Assembly: GCA_031416315.1 (NCBI GenBank)
Contig: JANOTL010000109.1
Coordinates: 101,929-165,928, forward strand
Direction of reading: 5' to 3'
DNA: 64,000 nucleotides
DNA from: Pseudomonadota bacterium
Lineage (GTDB): Bacteria; Bdellovibrionota_B; Oligoflexia; Oligoflexales; CAIYRB01
Within the stretch, counting starts at the first letter, position 1; each line of letters starts with the position of its first letter. Below, piece after piece: positions 9,547 to 19,100 of the stretch. Both the position numbers and the translations under genes were made by a program. The notes under the pieces were generated by a model, which saw only the letters and a list, made by a program, of their open reading frames with translations, made no database searches and was not told the origin of the DNA.

Positions 9547-9595
9547 GGGGAGGGACTCCGGGCGGCGGACGCCGCACGTATGGGGGCTTAGTCTT

Positions 9596-9625
9596 ACGAT
9601 AATAAACCCAGCCACATGTCGTCAA
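9596..9625 (-). promoter_or_regulatory. Possible sigma70 promoter for the fusion-motAB unit
   Basis: TTGACG-N18-TATCGT (or N15-TATTAT) in an AT-rich gap. Confidence 0.35.
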
Positions 9626-9635
9626 CTAACTGTAA

Positions 9636-10451
9636 CTAATGGGTATTTTTTGCCGGGTCGGCGACGGCGGCCGTGGCTTTGGCGGGAACGAGGAGAACGT
9701 AGAAGCTGCCGACCTTTTCCGGGCCCTTGCCGTCGCCTCGATCGATGGCGACGCTGTAGGCGCCCTCGGCATAGACGGGCGCGACGAAGTGCGTGCCGGT
9801 CGCCAAGCCGACCAAAGGCAGGCGCTCGCCGGTGCTTTCGACGCCTAGATGGATCTTGTACTTCTCCTTGGCTTTCGTCGGCGGGAACCAAAGGATGGGG
9901 AGCGCGACCGGGAACTTGTCGGTGATGACGATGGCACCCTTCTTCGGGTGCAGGATCGTCGTCGCGATCGGCGCCATCGAAGGCAGGTCTTTGCCGCTCC
10001 CGCCTTCGGGCTTGGGCTCTTTCGGCGGCTTTTTGTCGGCTTTGGCGGTGAGGTAGATGGCGTTGATGCGCTCCCATGCGCTTTTGAACGCGACGCCGAC
10101 CGTCGGCGACGCCTTTGCGCCCTGCGCCAGGCCGTCGGCGTAAACGCTGGTGAGATCGACCTCGCGTAGGACGTCGACGGTGAGGCGGCAAATCAGGCTG
10201 GAATCGGCGTTTAGACTCATCTCGCGAACGTTGCGGCCGGGTTCTTTGCGGGCCAGGAGGAGGCTGCCGCTGGTGAGCGTCTGCACCAGGCTGTCCTCCG
10301 GGAGGTCGACGCCGGGCTTCAATTTCAGCCATTCCGCGGCGCGGTCGCTCCAGACGGCGAAGTTGCCGTCGATGGCCAACACCTCGAAGGTGACGGCCGC
10401 GCGCGCCGGGCTCGCGGCGAAGAGGCAGAGGAGAAAGAGGACGCGGATCAT
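9636..10451 (-). CDS. Secreted protein with FecR-like N-terminal region and beta-rich C-terminal domain
   Basis: Signal peptide ...ASPARA; EVLAIDGNFAV...WLKLKPGVDLPEDSLVQT resembles the FecR-type beta motif; 4-bp overlap with the phosphatase. Confidence 0.6.
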   Translation of the reverse strand: MIRVLFLLCLFAASPARAAVTFEVLAIDGNFAVWSDRAAEWLKLKPGVDLPEDSLVQTLTSGSLLLARKEPGRNVREMSLNADSSLICRLTVDVLREVDLTSVYADGLAQGAKASPTVGVAFKSAWERINAIYLTAKADKKPPKEPKPEGGSGKDLPSMAPIATTILHPKKGAIVITDKFPVALPILWFPPTKAKEKYKIHLGVESTGERLPLVGLATGTHFVAPVYAEGAYSVAIDRGDGKGPEKVGSFYVLLVPAKATAAVADPAKNTH

Positions 10452-12334
10452 GCGGCCGCCGCCGGCGTCTCGTCTTCGCCGTCCGGCTTCGCCTCGGGGC
10501 TTGCCGACGCGACGCGACGCTCGAGGAGCAGGATGCAGAGGTCGTCTCCTGCCGGCGCGCCGCTCAGGTAGCTCGTCCAGCTGGAAACGATCGCATCGAG
10601 GACCTGCTCGCCGTCACGGCTCGCGCCTTCAGTGAACATCCGCCGCAAGCGGCGGCTGCCGTAGATGCTGCCGCCGCCGGTCGGGCGGCCTTCGATCAGG
10701 CCGTCGGTGTAGAGGAGGAGACGAAACGATGCCGGCACCTTGATGGTCGCGACGCCGAACTTGGGCTCCGCCTCGACGCCGAGCGGCATCGAGCGCAGCT
10801 TCACGAGCTCCACCGAAGCTTCGACGCCGTGGCCCGATTCCAGCAAGGGGAAAGGATGGCCGGCGTTGGTGACGACGAGGACGTTCTCCGCCTTGCGCCA
10901 AGTGATGATCTGCATCGTGACGTGAATCTTGTCGAGCGCGAGGTTGCGCAGGCGATCGTTGACGGAGCTCATGAGCTCGATGGGCGCGATACCAACGGTC
11001 TCGACGCGCTCGTCGAAGAGGGCCGCGATGATGGCGGTGAACATCGAGGAGCCGACACCGTGGCCTGAGACGTCGGCGATCGCGACCGTGACGTCGCCCG
11101 AGGCCTCGTCGAAGTGGCAAGCGTACCAGTCGCCGGCGCATTCGTCGGCGGCTTGGTACCGCATCATGATCTTCAGCTCGGGATGGTCCGCGGGCAGGTT
11201 GGGGACGCGCAGGAAGGTGTCCTGCAGGCTCTTTGCGATGGCGAGCTCGTTCGCCATGCGGAGCTTTGCCATGCGGTCCTCCATCAACTTGCCGATCGCC
11301 TGGTCGCGGGAGGTCAGGCGTTGCGCCATCGTGCGGAAGGATTCGACGAGCGGGCCGAGCTCGCCGAAGCCTTTGTTGCGCGGCAAGCGTGAAAAGTCGC
11401 CGCGGCCGATGTGGACGGCCAGCTGCGACAGCTCGCGGATCGGGTGGAGGAGCATCGTGGCTGGCAGGGCGACGAGGGTCACGGCGCTGACGAGGAGGCC
11501 GAAGAGGATGAGAGAGAAACGCTTGCCGAGCTCCCAGACGACACCCAGGGCCTTGGCCTTGGAGGTTTCGGCGAAGAGCACCAAATTCGTCCCCGAAATT
11601 TCCAGGTAGAAGCCGTAGACCGGCCCAGCCTGGCCGCCCGGGATCTCGATCTGCGAGTTGGTGAGGTTCCGCTTCACGAAAGCCGCGACCAGCGGGCGCT
11701 GGGCGAACGTGGATTGGTTGATCTCGGGGGTGTTAGAATGAATGAGCAGCCCTGCGTGCGTCACCAGATAGAACTTCGAATGAGCGGCGCTGATCGCGCT
11801 GCCGCCCACCGCTCCCTTCTTGGTCATCCATCCGCCCACGTCCTCCTGCCAGAGGTAGAGCTTCTTGCCACTCAGAAAGGCTACGAAGGATTGATCGCCG
11901 TATCGAACGATCGTCCAGGTGTCGGGCCGCGGCGAAAGCTTCAGGCCGAGCTCGAACCACCTGAGTTTTTTCGGCAGGCTCCCGGCCTCGCGCTCGATCG
12001 GCGAAGTCGGTGTGGCGCCGAGCTTGTAGGTCGCGGTCGCGCCGCCGGTCGGGCCTTGATCGAGGCGCGGCACGCAGCTCTCGGCGAGGCGTGTGCGCGC
12101 GGCGTTCGCCTGGCGCTCGAGGTCGAGGTAGAGAATCGCCCAGGTGTCGCGCAGCTTGTTCGCGTAGAGGATCTCGAAAGCGGCGACGCCGGCGAGCGTG
12201 CCGGCGACGACAACGGCGACGGCGACCACCGCCACGATCAAGCGCGTGAGCGTCCAGAAAGCCACGAAACGCGTCTTCAAACGCGCGACGAGCTTTTTCT
12301 TGGGCGTTCCGGGTTTGAGCGCGGGAGTGCTCAC
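10448..12334 (-). CDS. Membrane sensor PP2C/SpoIIE (RsbU-like) phosphatase with HAMP domain
   Basis: 2 TMs, HAMP (PIRELSQLA...ELGPLVESFRTMA), AGDWY, IADVSGHG, NAGHP, YTDGL, DDLC. Confidence 0.92.
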   Translation of the reverse strand: MSTPALKPGTPKKKLVARLKTRFVAFWTLTRLIVAVVAVAVVVAGTLAGVAAFEILYANKLRDTWAILYLDLERQANAARTRLAESCVPRLDQGPTGGATATYKLGATPTSPIEREAGSLPKKLRWFELGLKLSPRPDTWTIVRYGDQSFVAFLSGKKLYLWQEDVGGWMTKKGAVGGSAISAAHSKFYLVTHAGLLIHSNTPEINQSTFAQRPLVAAFVKRNLTNSQIEIPGGQAGPVYGFYLEISGTNLVLFAETSKAKALGVVWELGKRFSLILFGLLVSAVTLVALPATMLLHPIRELSQLAVHIGRGDFSRLPRNKGFGELGPLVESFRTMAQRLTSRDQAIGKLMEDRMAKLRMANELAIAKSLQDTFLRVPNLPADHPELKIMMRYQAADECAGDWYACHFDEASGDVTVAIADVSGHGVGSSMFTAIIAALFDERVETVGIAPIELMSSVNDRLRNLALDKIHVTMQIITWRKAENVLVVTNAGHPFPLLESGHGVEASVELVKLRSMPLGVEAEPKFGVATIKVPASFRLLLYTDGLIEGRPTGGGSIYGSRRLRRMFTEGASRDGEQVLDAIVSSWTSYLSGAPAGDDLCILLLERRVASASPEAKPDGEDETPAAAA

Positions 12335-12339
12335 TCGAT

Positions 12340-12594
12340 TCAGTCTTCAGCGTCCGTGGCGAACGTTTGGTCCAGATCTTTGTGCAGCTCGCGCAGAAGC
12401 CTTTGCTTCGCGACGATGCGCGCGAGCTGGCGGTGCGTCGTCAGGCGCGCGGCTACGTTCGGCGGCATCGGCGCTTTCTCGGCACGGAGCTCGTCCAAAA
12501 GACGGGCGGCGACGAGGCATTCCTCGCGCAGCGACTCGACACGGGCGCGCAGCGCGCGCTGGGGGGAGACCTTGCGGCTGATCAATTTGAGCAT
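12340..12594 (-). CDS. Small helical hypothetical protein (84 aa)
   Basis: ATG at 12594 (MLKLISRKV...), ends 5 nt before the phosphatase start. Confidence 0.55.
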   Translation of the reverse strand: MLKLISRKVSPQRALRARVESLREECLVAARLLDELRAEKAPMPPNVAARLTTHRQLARIVAKQRLLRELHKDLDQTFATDAED

Positions 12595-12694
12595 GGCGTT
12601 TCGTCCTATGAAACTTCGGCCTGGCAGTCCTTGCCCGGCAGCTTCGTTTCGGCACGATCTGCACGGCGGTTGATTCGACTCGGAAAATTGTGGC

Positions 12695-13141
12695 TTGGCG
12701 CGTGCGGCAAAGGTCGCGGAAAAGGCGAAGGAGAACGCGGTGAAAGACGACAAGGACGCGGTCACGCGGATGTTCGGCAGCGAGCGCGTGAAGGGCCTGG
12801 GGTTCAGGCGCATCAAGCCCGATCTGAGCTTTGGCGTGTCGAAGCTGACCGACGTTTCGAGCTGGTTCGGAAGTGCCGCGATGCCGGCGCCGCCGGAGCC
12901 TTCGGGCGCGACGAGCGACGCGTCTGCGGACGCTCAGGGCGACGCCGGCAGCGGCGTGAGCTTCGGCCTCACCGCCTGGCGCGACGCGCTCTCTTCCGCG
13001 GATCGTGACCTCGCCGACGCGATCGGACTGGCGCTCGGCGCGCTCGACGACGCGGAGCGCGAGCTGCTCTTCTCCGGCTGCGAGCCGGACGAGCGCCGGA
13101 CCCTCGAGGCTTGCTTCAGCTTGGCCGAGGCGAAGCCGTGA
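12695..13141 (+). CDS. Hypothetical protein
   Basis: First ORF of a divergent overlapping operon; GTGA overlap with the next gene; start uncertain. Confidence 0.55.
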   Translation: MARAAKVAEKAKENAVKDDKDAVTRMFGSERVKGLGFRRIKPDLSFGVSKLTDVSSWFGSAAMPAPPEPSGATSDASADAQGDAGSGVSFGLTAWRDALSSADRDLADAIGLALGALDDAERELLFSGCEPDERRTLEACFSLAEAKP

Positions 13142-13674
13142 GCCTCCGCGCCGCCTTCGCTTTGAGCTTGGTCGTCTTGGGCTGTCGGACATCCGGGACG
13201 CTGGACGCACCGGTGCCGACGACGGCCGTGAGCCTGGGCCAGGACCTGAAGCCGGCGGCGCGCCTGGGACGCCTCCCGATCCCGGTCGACACCGACGACG
13301 TGATGCAACGTTATGCGTTGCAGCCCATCGGCGCCGCCACCGAATATCTGATCGTCGTCACGCCGGACAAGGTCGACGGCAAGATCACCGTACCGCTCGG
13401 CAACGGAAGTAGCAGCGCGGACGCCGCCGTCGTCTACAACGAGTATCTGAACCAGCTGCTGCGCGCGCATCGTCATCTTCTGCGCGGCGAGGTGCGCGAC
13501 GCCATGGTCGTGCTCGACCGGCTCGACGAGCGCTTCGATCAGAGTTACGGCGGCCTCGTCCTGCGCGGAAACCTGCATTACCTCCTCGGGAACGCCGGCG
13601 AGGCCGCGCGGCAGTTCGAGCTGGCGCGACGGATCTTCCCGGGCGCGAAGGCGCTCGAGGGGGTGAAGAGATGA
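13138..13674 (+). CDS. Lipoprotein with C-terminal TPR
   Basis: MSLRAAFALSLVVLGC lipobox; LRGNLHYLLGNAGEAARQFELARRIFP is TPR-like. Confidence 0.75.
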   Translation: MSLRAAFALSLVVLGCRTSGTLDAPVPTTAVSLGQDLKPAARLGRLPIPVDTDDVMQRYALQPIGAATEYLIVVTPDKVDGKITVPLGNGSSSADAAVVYNEYLNQLLRAHRHLLRGEVRDAMVVLDRLDERFDQSYGGLVLRGNLHYLLGNAGEAARQFELARRIFPGAKALEGVKR

Positions 13675-14279
13675 GGGCTTTTTTCGCGGGACTATTGCTG
13701 CTCGCAGGCTGCTCCACCAGCTACGACATCCGCACCAAGCCGGACGGGGTGAAGCTCTACGTCGGCGACAAGCAGATGGGGACGACGCCCTTTGCCCTGA
13801 GCTCCGGCGACGCGCCGAAGTCCGAGGCCGGCGGCGTCCTGGCGCGCCTCGAGATCGAGGGCTACCAGCGCGTCTTCGTGTGGCTGCCCGACGACGGCAA
13901 GCGCTACGACCTCACGTTCAACATGACGCCGTTCTTCCGCCGGGCGCGCGACGAGTCGGTGGTCGGCGATCTCGAGATCGATCGCATCGACCTCTACCGA
14001 CTGAGCGAGCGGCTCCTCGACCTGCAGACGGATCTTCTCGCTGGGACGCAAACGGCGAAAAACCCGGCGGCTGAGGAGTTGAAGCGCCTCATCGACGCGA
14101 ACCCGACGATGGGGTCGATGCATTTTCTGGAGGCGCTCAGGCTCTTGCGCGAAGGCAAGAAGGACGAGGGCAAGCTGGTCCTGAAGACGGCCCTGCGCTT
14201 CGCGCCGAGCGAGTTCGACTTCCTATCCTTGATGAACGAGCTCGGAGGCGACGCGAATGCGGCTAAGCCTACGCCTTAG
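13671..14279 (+). CDS. PEGA-domain lipoprotein with TPR-like C-terminus
   Basis: LAGC lipobox; IRTKPDGVKLYVGDKQMGTTP...EGYQ. Confidence 0.8.
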   Translation: MRAFFAGLLLLAGCSTSYDIRTKPDGVKLYVGDKQMGTTPFALSSGDAPKSEAGGVLARLEIEGYQRVFVWLPDDGKRYDLTFNMTPFFRRARDESVVGDLEIDRIDLYRLSERLLDLQTDLLAGTQTAKNPAAEELKRLIDANPTMGSMHFLEALRLLREGKKDEGKLVLKTALRFAPSEFDFLSLMNELGGDANAAKPTP

Positions 14280-14901
14280 CGCGGTCCTCGCGGCCGGCGC
14301 GGCGGCTTTGGTCGCGGGCGCCCCGGCCCTGTCCTTGCCGAACCAAGAGATCACCGTCGGGGTTCCGTCCGGGAACTACACGAAGACGACGATCTCGGAG
14401 GTGTATAAGGGCACGGCGCCTTACGGCTTCGCGACGGAGTACGGGATCTTCCTCGACCCTAAGCTCGCGATCGCCGGGCAATTCGAGCTCAACCTGGAGC
14501 CGACGAAGCAGAGCGCCGTCCTCCTCGGCGGCGCTGCCGGTTTGAAGTACTACGTGGTCGGCGGCGACAACCGCATCCTCTCCGACACGTACGTGAAGGG
14601 CGTCGGGCGGCCGAAGCTGAATGCGTTCCTGGTGGTCGGCTTCGGCGGCAAGCAGTACGACTTCAGCGTCCCGGAGAAGGTGGAGGACGACAAGAAGGCC
14701 GGATCCATCTTCGAGAAAGACGGCAAGGATCTGGCGAAGGGCTCGGTCGTCGGCCTGTCGGTCGGGCTCGGGGCGCAGTATCCGATCTTCTTCGATCTGC
14801 AGCCTGGATTTCGGGTGCAGATGTTCAAGTCGTTTTCCGCGGAGAATCAGCCGGATATTACGGTGATGGCGGTGTGGTTGTCGTGTGGGTTTGGGCTTTA
14901 G
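14257..14901 (+). CDS. Small outer-membrane beta-barrel protein
   Basis: Signal peptide, alternating amphipathic strands (GAAGLKYY, LSVGLGAQYP), C-terminal VWLSCGFGL. Confidence 0.7.
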   Translation: MRLSLRLSAVLAAGAAALVAGAPALSLPNQEITVGVPSGNYTKTTISEVYKGTAPYGFATEYGIFLDPKLAIAGQFELNLEPTKQSAVLLGGAAGLKYYVVGGDNRILSDTYVKGVGRPKLNAFLVVGFGGKQYDFSVPEKVEDDKKAGSIFEKDGKDLAKGSVVGLSVGLGAQYPIFFDLQPGFRVQMFKSFSAENQPDITVMAVWLSCGFGL

Positions 14902-14961
14902 AGGGAGTCTAAAAAGGCGCGGGACCGTAAACCTACGTCCCGCGCCTTTTTAGACACCCTC
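14901..14961. mobile_element. 61-bp MITE/REP-like hairpin flanked by TTA direct repeats; probable bidirectional terminator
   Basis: GAGGG(A/T)GTCTAAAAAGGCGCGGGAC arms with one mismatch, 11-nt loop; TTA at 14898-14900 and 14962-14964; second copy near 63830. Confidence 0.7.
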
Positions 14962-16146
14962 TTAGAGCGCCGGCGCCGCTTCCGCCAGCCCTGCCAGCGC
15001 CGTCCGAATCTCGTCGTCCCGTCCCATCGGCGTCAACAAGCGCCGCCCGTTCACATACGCCCCCGGCGGCCGATCGATGCCGAGCGTCGCCGTCATGGCG
15101 CGCGCTTGCGCGGCGAAGGCCTTGGCATCATCGGAATCAACGCAGGGCGTGAACTCCGCCGAGATCAGCTGCGCTTCCTGCGCGCCTTGCGTCGTGATCC
15201 ACTCCGTCAGACCGGCGACGTTCCCCGCCAGATGCAGAGGCGCGCGGTGCGCGACGTCGAGCCAAGCGGTCAGGCGGTCGCCGCCGCCTTTGGCGGCGCA
15301 GAACTGCGCGCGCGCGAACAGCTCGTCGACCGGGACGTCGCCCTTGCCCACGAAAGGAATCGGCCGCACGCCGAGCTTGCCGCCCGCGCCCTTGCGGAGA
15401 AGCTCGAGCTGCGGCCACGAAACGCGGCAGTTCTGGCAGAATGGCTGGGTGACGACGAGCGCCTCGACCGGCGCCTCGCCTTTGCCGCCGAGCGCCGCGA
15501 AATCCGTCGTCTTCATCTCGACCCGCGGCGGGCAGGGGAGCGGCGCCAGACTGACGAAGCTGCCCTCGGTCTTCATGGCGGCGCGGCGCTCCTCGACCCA
15601 GCGCTGGACCTTCTGCGCCTTGAGATGCCCCTCGATCGTCGGGCGCAGCTTCTCGAGGTTCGACTCTTTCGGAAAGCCGGACTTGTTGGCCTCGTAGAAC
15701 GCCTTCACCTCGTCGTTCTCGACCGTGGCCGCATCGCCGGCGATCGCCTCGAGCTCCGGCAGCTCGCCACCGGTTTCCTTCGCGGCGCTCATGCGCAGCG
15801 CGACGCTTTCGATGATCTGGTTCTGGCGGACCCAGCCTTCCTCTAACGAGCGGACGAAGCGCGTCCGATCCGCAGGCGGCAGCTCCTGGAAGCTCACCTG
15901 CTTGTCCTTCAGCGCGAAGAGCGGCGCGGGCTTCGCTTCGCTGTCGCCGAGGTAACACTGCGCGAGGCCGCTCAGGACCGACGCCGCCGGCTTCGCCGGC
16001 TCACCGGGCGTCGCGGGCGAAGCCGGCGAGCTCGGCGCTTGGTAGCCGATCTTGCCGCCATCCGCGCTGCGCTTGCCGATCATGACGCCGGCCGCTACGC
16101 CGACCACCAACCCCGCCACCAATGCGCCGCCGAGCTTCGCTTGCAT
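14962..16146 (-). CDS. DsbA-like thioredoxin-fold oxidoreductase with SurA-like helical N-terminal region
   Basis: N-terminal TM; PFCQNC; LGIDRPPGAYVNGRRL; same layout as 45855-46943. Confidence 0.75.
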   Translation of the reverse strand: MQAKLGGALVAGLVVGVAAGVMIGKRSADGGKIGYQAPSSPASPATPGEPAKPAASVLSGLAQCYLGDSEAKPAPLFALKDKQVSFQELPPADRTRFVRSLEEGWVRQNQIIESVALRMSAAKETGGELPELEAIAGDAATVENDEVKAFYEANKSGFPKESNLEKLRPTIEGHLKAQKVQRWVEERRAAMKTEGSFVSLAPLPCPPRVEMKTTDFAALGGKGEAPVEALVVTQPFCQNCRVSWPQLELLRKGAGGKLGVRPIPFVGKGDVPVDELFARAQFCAAKGGGDRLTAWLDVAHRAPLHLAGNVAGLTEWITTQGAQEAQLISAEFTPCVDSDDAKAFAAQARAMTATLGIDRPPGAYVNGRRLLTPMGRDDEIRTALAGLAEAAPAL

Positions 16147-16197
16147 GCGAGAATTCCCAGGAAAGGGGAGAGACGGAAGAGTAAATGTTTCCTGGGG

Positions 16198-19100
16198 TTA
16201 GGGTACCGTGAAGTCGTACTTTTTGCTACAGGTGCGCAGCGAGGGCTCGAGCGGCGAGCCGATCGGGCCGGCTGGGTTGGCCGCGTGCAGGGCCGTGAGT
16301 CCGACCGCGTCCACGCCGATCTGCTTCGTGGCGTTGGAGCCGAAGCAGCGGACGCCTTCCGGGACGACGACGCAGGCGTGGTTCTTGCCGGCCGCAACCG
16401 CGTACACATTGCTCAGTTGCGCCGGACCCGTGTCGAGGGCCATGACCGGGACCGAGGAGGCGGCGGTGTCGTCGTTCCCCAGCTGTGAGCTCGCGTTCGC
16501 GCCCCAGCAGGCGAGCTTCTTGGTGGCGAGGAGCGCGCAGGCGTGCCCGCCGCCGACCGAGATCGAGACGACGGAGCCGAGGCTCCCCGTGCCGCCTACG
16601 TTCTGGACCGTGGTCGGGTTCTTGATCTGAGTGTAGGTCAGCGGAGCGTTGACCGCCGCGACGCCGTCCGCATTCGAGCCCCAGCACATCGCCGTGCCGT
16701 CGGCGAAGACCGCGCAGCTCGTCTTGCCGCCGGCCGCGAGGCCGACTGCGTTGGCGATGGCGGCGTTGCTGACGTCACGTACGAGAACTGGGAAGAGGCG
16801 GACCAAGTTGGCTGCGCCGGGCGCAACGCGGGTCAGGAGCGTGGCGTCGTTGTGGTAATAGTTGTTGTCGCCGACTTGGTCCATGTCGTTGGCGCCCCAG
16901 CAGAGGAGCGACTGGCCGGTGACGTTGGCGCCGGAGATCGAAACGCGAAGGGCGCAGGTGTGGGCAGAGCCCGCGGCGATAGAGAAGGCGTCGGTGAGAT
17001 CAGCGGTGGTATCGACGTTGTCGGAGGCGTCCTTAGCGGTGACGACCTTCACCGGCCTAGGGAGAGCGGTGTGGACGGTGAGGCCGTCGCCGAGCTGGCC
17101 GTTGTCATTCCTGCCCCAGCAGAAGACTTTGCGCGTGGTGTCGACGGCGCAGGTGTGGTCGTCGCCGGTCGCGATCGCGACGATATTCGAAAGATTGGCA
17201 GCTTGTTCCGGGATCGGCTTCCGCACGAAGGCCGGGTATCTCAGCGACGCGCCGGCGCCCATCTCGCGGTTGGCGCCGAGCTGGCCGAACTCGTTCGAGC
17301 CCCAGCAGACGACCTTCTTGGCGGAAGTGAGGGCGCAAGCGTGATTCTTGCCCGCCGCCACCGCGACGAGACCGAAGAGCTCGGAATCAAAGTCCGAAGG
17401 ATCGCGAATTGCCTGCGGATCGGACGCGCTGGCCGTGGTCGAGTGCAGCACGTTGCGACCGAGCTTACCGAAGTCGTTGGCGCCCCAGCAGGAGACGCGG
17501 CCGTCGAGCTGCAAGGCGCAGGAGAAGCCGTCGCCCGCGGAGACGCTGGCCATCTTCGCCGAGGAGCAGGAGGTGCCAAGGCAGCCGTCGAAGGCCATCT
17601 GGGCGCCGGCCATCGAGGCCTCCGGCGTCGGGACGAGGGCGGGGATCGGACGGCGGAGGTTGGTCGGCGCGCCGAGGTCCTTCAGCTCGAGGAAGCGGCC
17701 GATCTTCGCGGTCTCGGTGGCGCTTCCCACTTCCCAGCTCGTAAGGTGCGTGCCGAGGTTAGTGAAGATGTTCAACTGGCCGTCGACGGAGTCGTAGTCG
17801 GCAGTGACGGCGAGCGAGGTGACGCCGGTCCCGAGGACACCAGTCGCAGTGGTGCATGCGCCCGCGCCGCAGTTGCTGCTACCGGTCCGGATGGTGATCG
17901 AGCCGGGGAGCACCACTTTGCACTGGCTAGAGAGCGTTGGTGCGAGCCATGCAAGGCCGAAGCTGCGCGACGTGTCGTCCGGAATCGAGAAGCTGATCGT
18001 ACCTTGGTTCGAAACCTTGGGGGTCGTCGCGTTGGTAGTGACGGTGTAGACGACGCGGCCTTGGCCGGAGTAGCCAACGGTCGGCGTGAACGTGAAGGAG
18101 CAGATTCCCGTCGTGGCGCTGCAGGTCGGGCCGGTGGTGATCGTGCCGCCGGAAGGCGTGCCGACGACCGTCAAGGCCGTGGCCTTGTCGTTCTCGCGGT
18201 CGGTGTAGTCGGTTCCAAGCGCAAGCGCGACCACGATCGGCGTGCGGTCCGGCATGACGACCGGGAAGCTCGTGGCGACCGGGGCCTCGTCGCTCGCCGC
18301 GATGTTGATCGTGATGATTGCCGCGTTGGAGTCAACGTTCGGCGTGCCTGAGATGCGCGTCTTGTAGTGGACCTTGGCGTTGCCCGTGAATCCGTTGTTC
18401 GGCGTAACCGTGAAGTCGCACGCGCCGGAGGAGCAAGCAATTTCCGTCGGGTTGCCGGCGATCGTGCCATTCTCGAGCGACTGGATCAGAAGCTTATCGA
18501 CATTCGGGCCCGGATTGTACGTGTAACCGGCGCCGCGGGCGACGGTCAGGGGCTTCGGCTGGTTCAGGCTGCCGTTGACGGTGAAGCTCTGCGAGCGCAG
18601 CTTCGGCTTGAAGTCGACGGTGACGGTCGCCGGCGTCGTGGCCGTTTGGCCCGCCGTCTTTACGTTGAAGTTGAAAGTCGCGTTGCCGTAGTGTTGGGCG
18701 TTCGGCAGGAAGCTGACGAGGCAGATGCCGGCTGTGTCGCATTCGATCGGGCTATCCGGCGACAGGGTGCCGTTGACCGCGCCCGAGACTTGGAGCTCCG
18801 TGGCGAGATCGGTCGCGTTGACGTCGGTGTAGCCGGTGGTCGCCCCTTTCGAGATAGCGATGAGCTTGGCGGTCTCGTCGGAGCCAATGAAGCTGAGGTT
18901 GTAGACGACCGGAGGCGTCGGCACGGGGACGACGTCGATGGTCAGGTTCGCGTAGTTCGACCATGTCGGGGCGCCGGCGGGGCCGGCCTTTAGGCGGTAC
19001 TTGAGCGCGACCGTGCCGACGTAGACGGGAGTCGGCGGAGTGTAGGTGAACGTGCAGGTGCCGGTCGTGCAGGAGCCGATCGCGACCGTGCCCTTGGCGG

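Noticed and set aside
12650..12664. Sigma54 promoter-like GGCACGATCTGCA
   Set aside because: GG to GC spacing is 8 nt instead of the required 10
5428..14901. Ordinary flagellar gene cluster
   Set aside because: No flh, flg, fliM/N/E/H/I, flagellin or che genes recognised in the window
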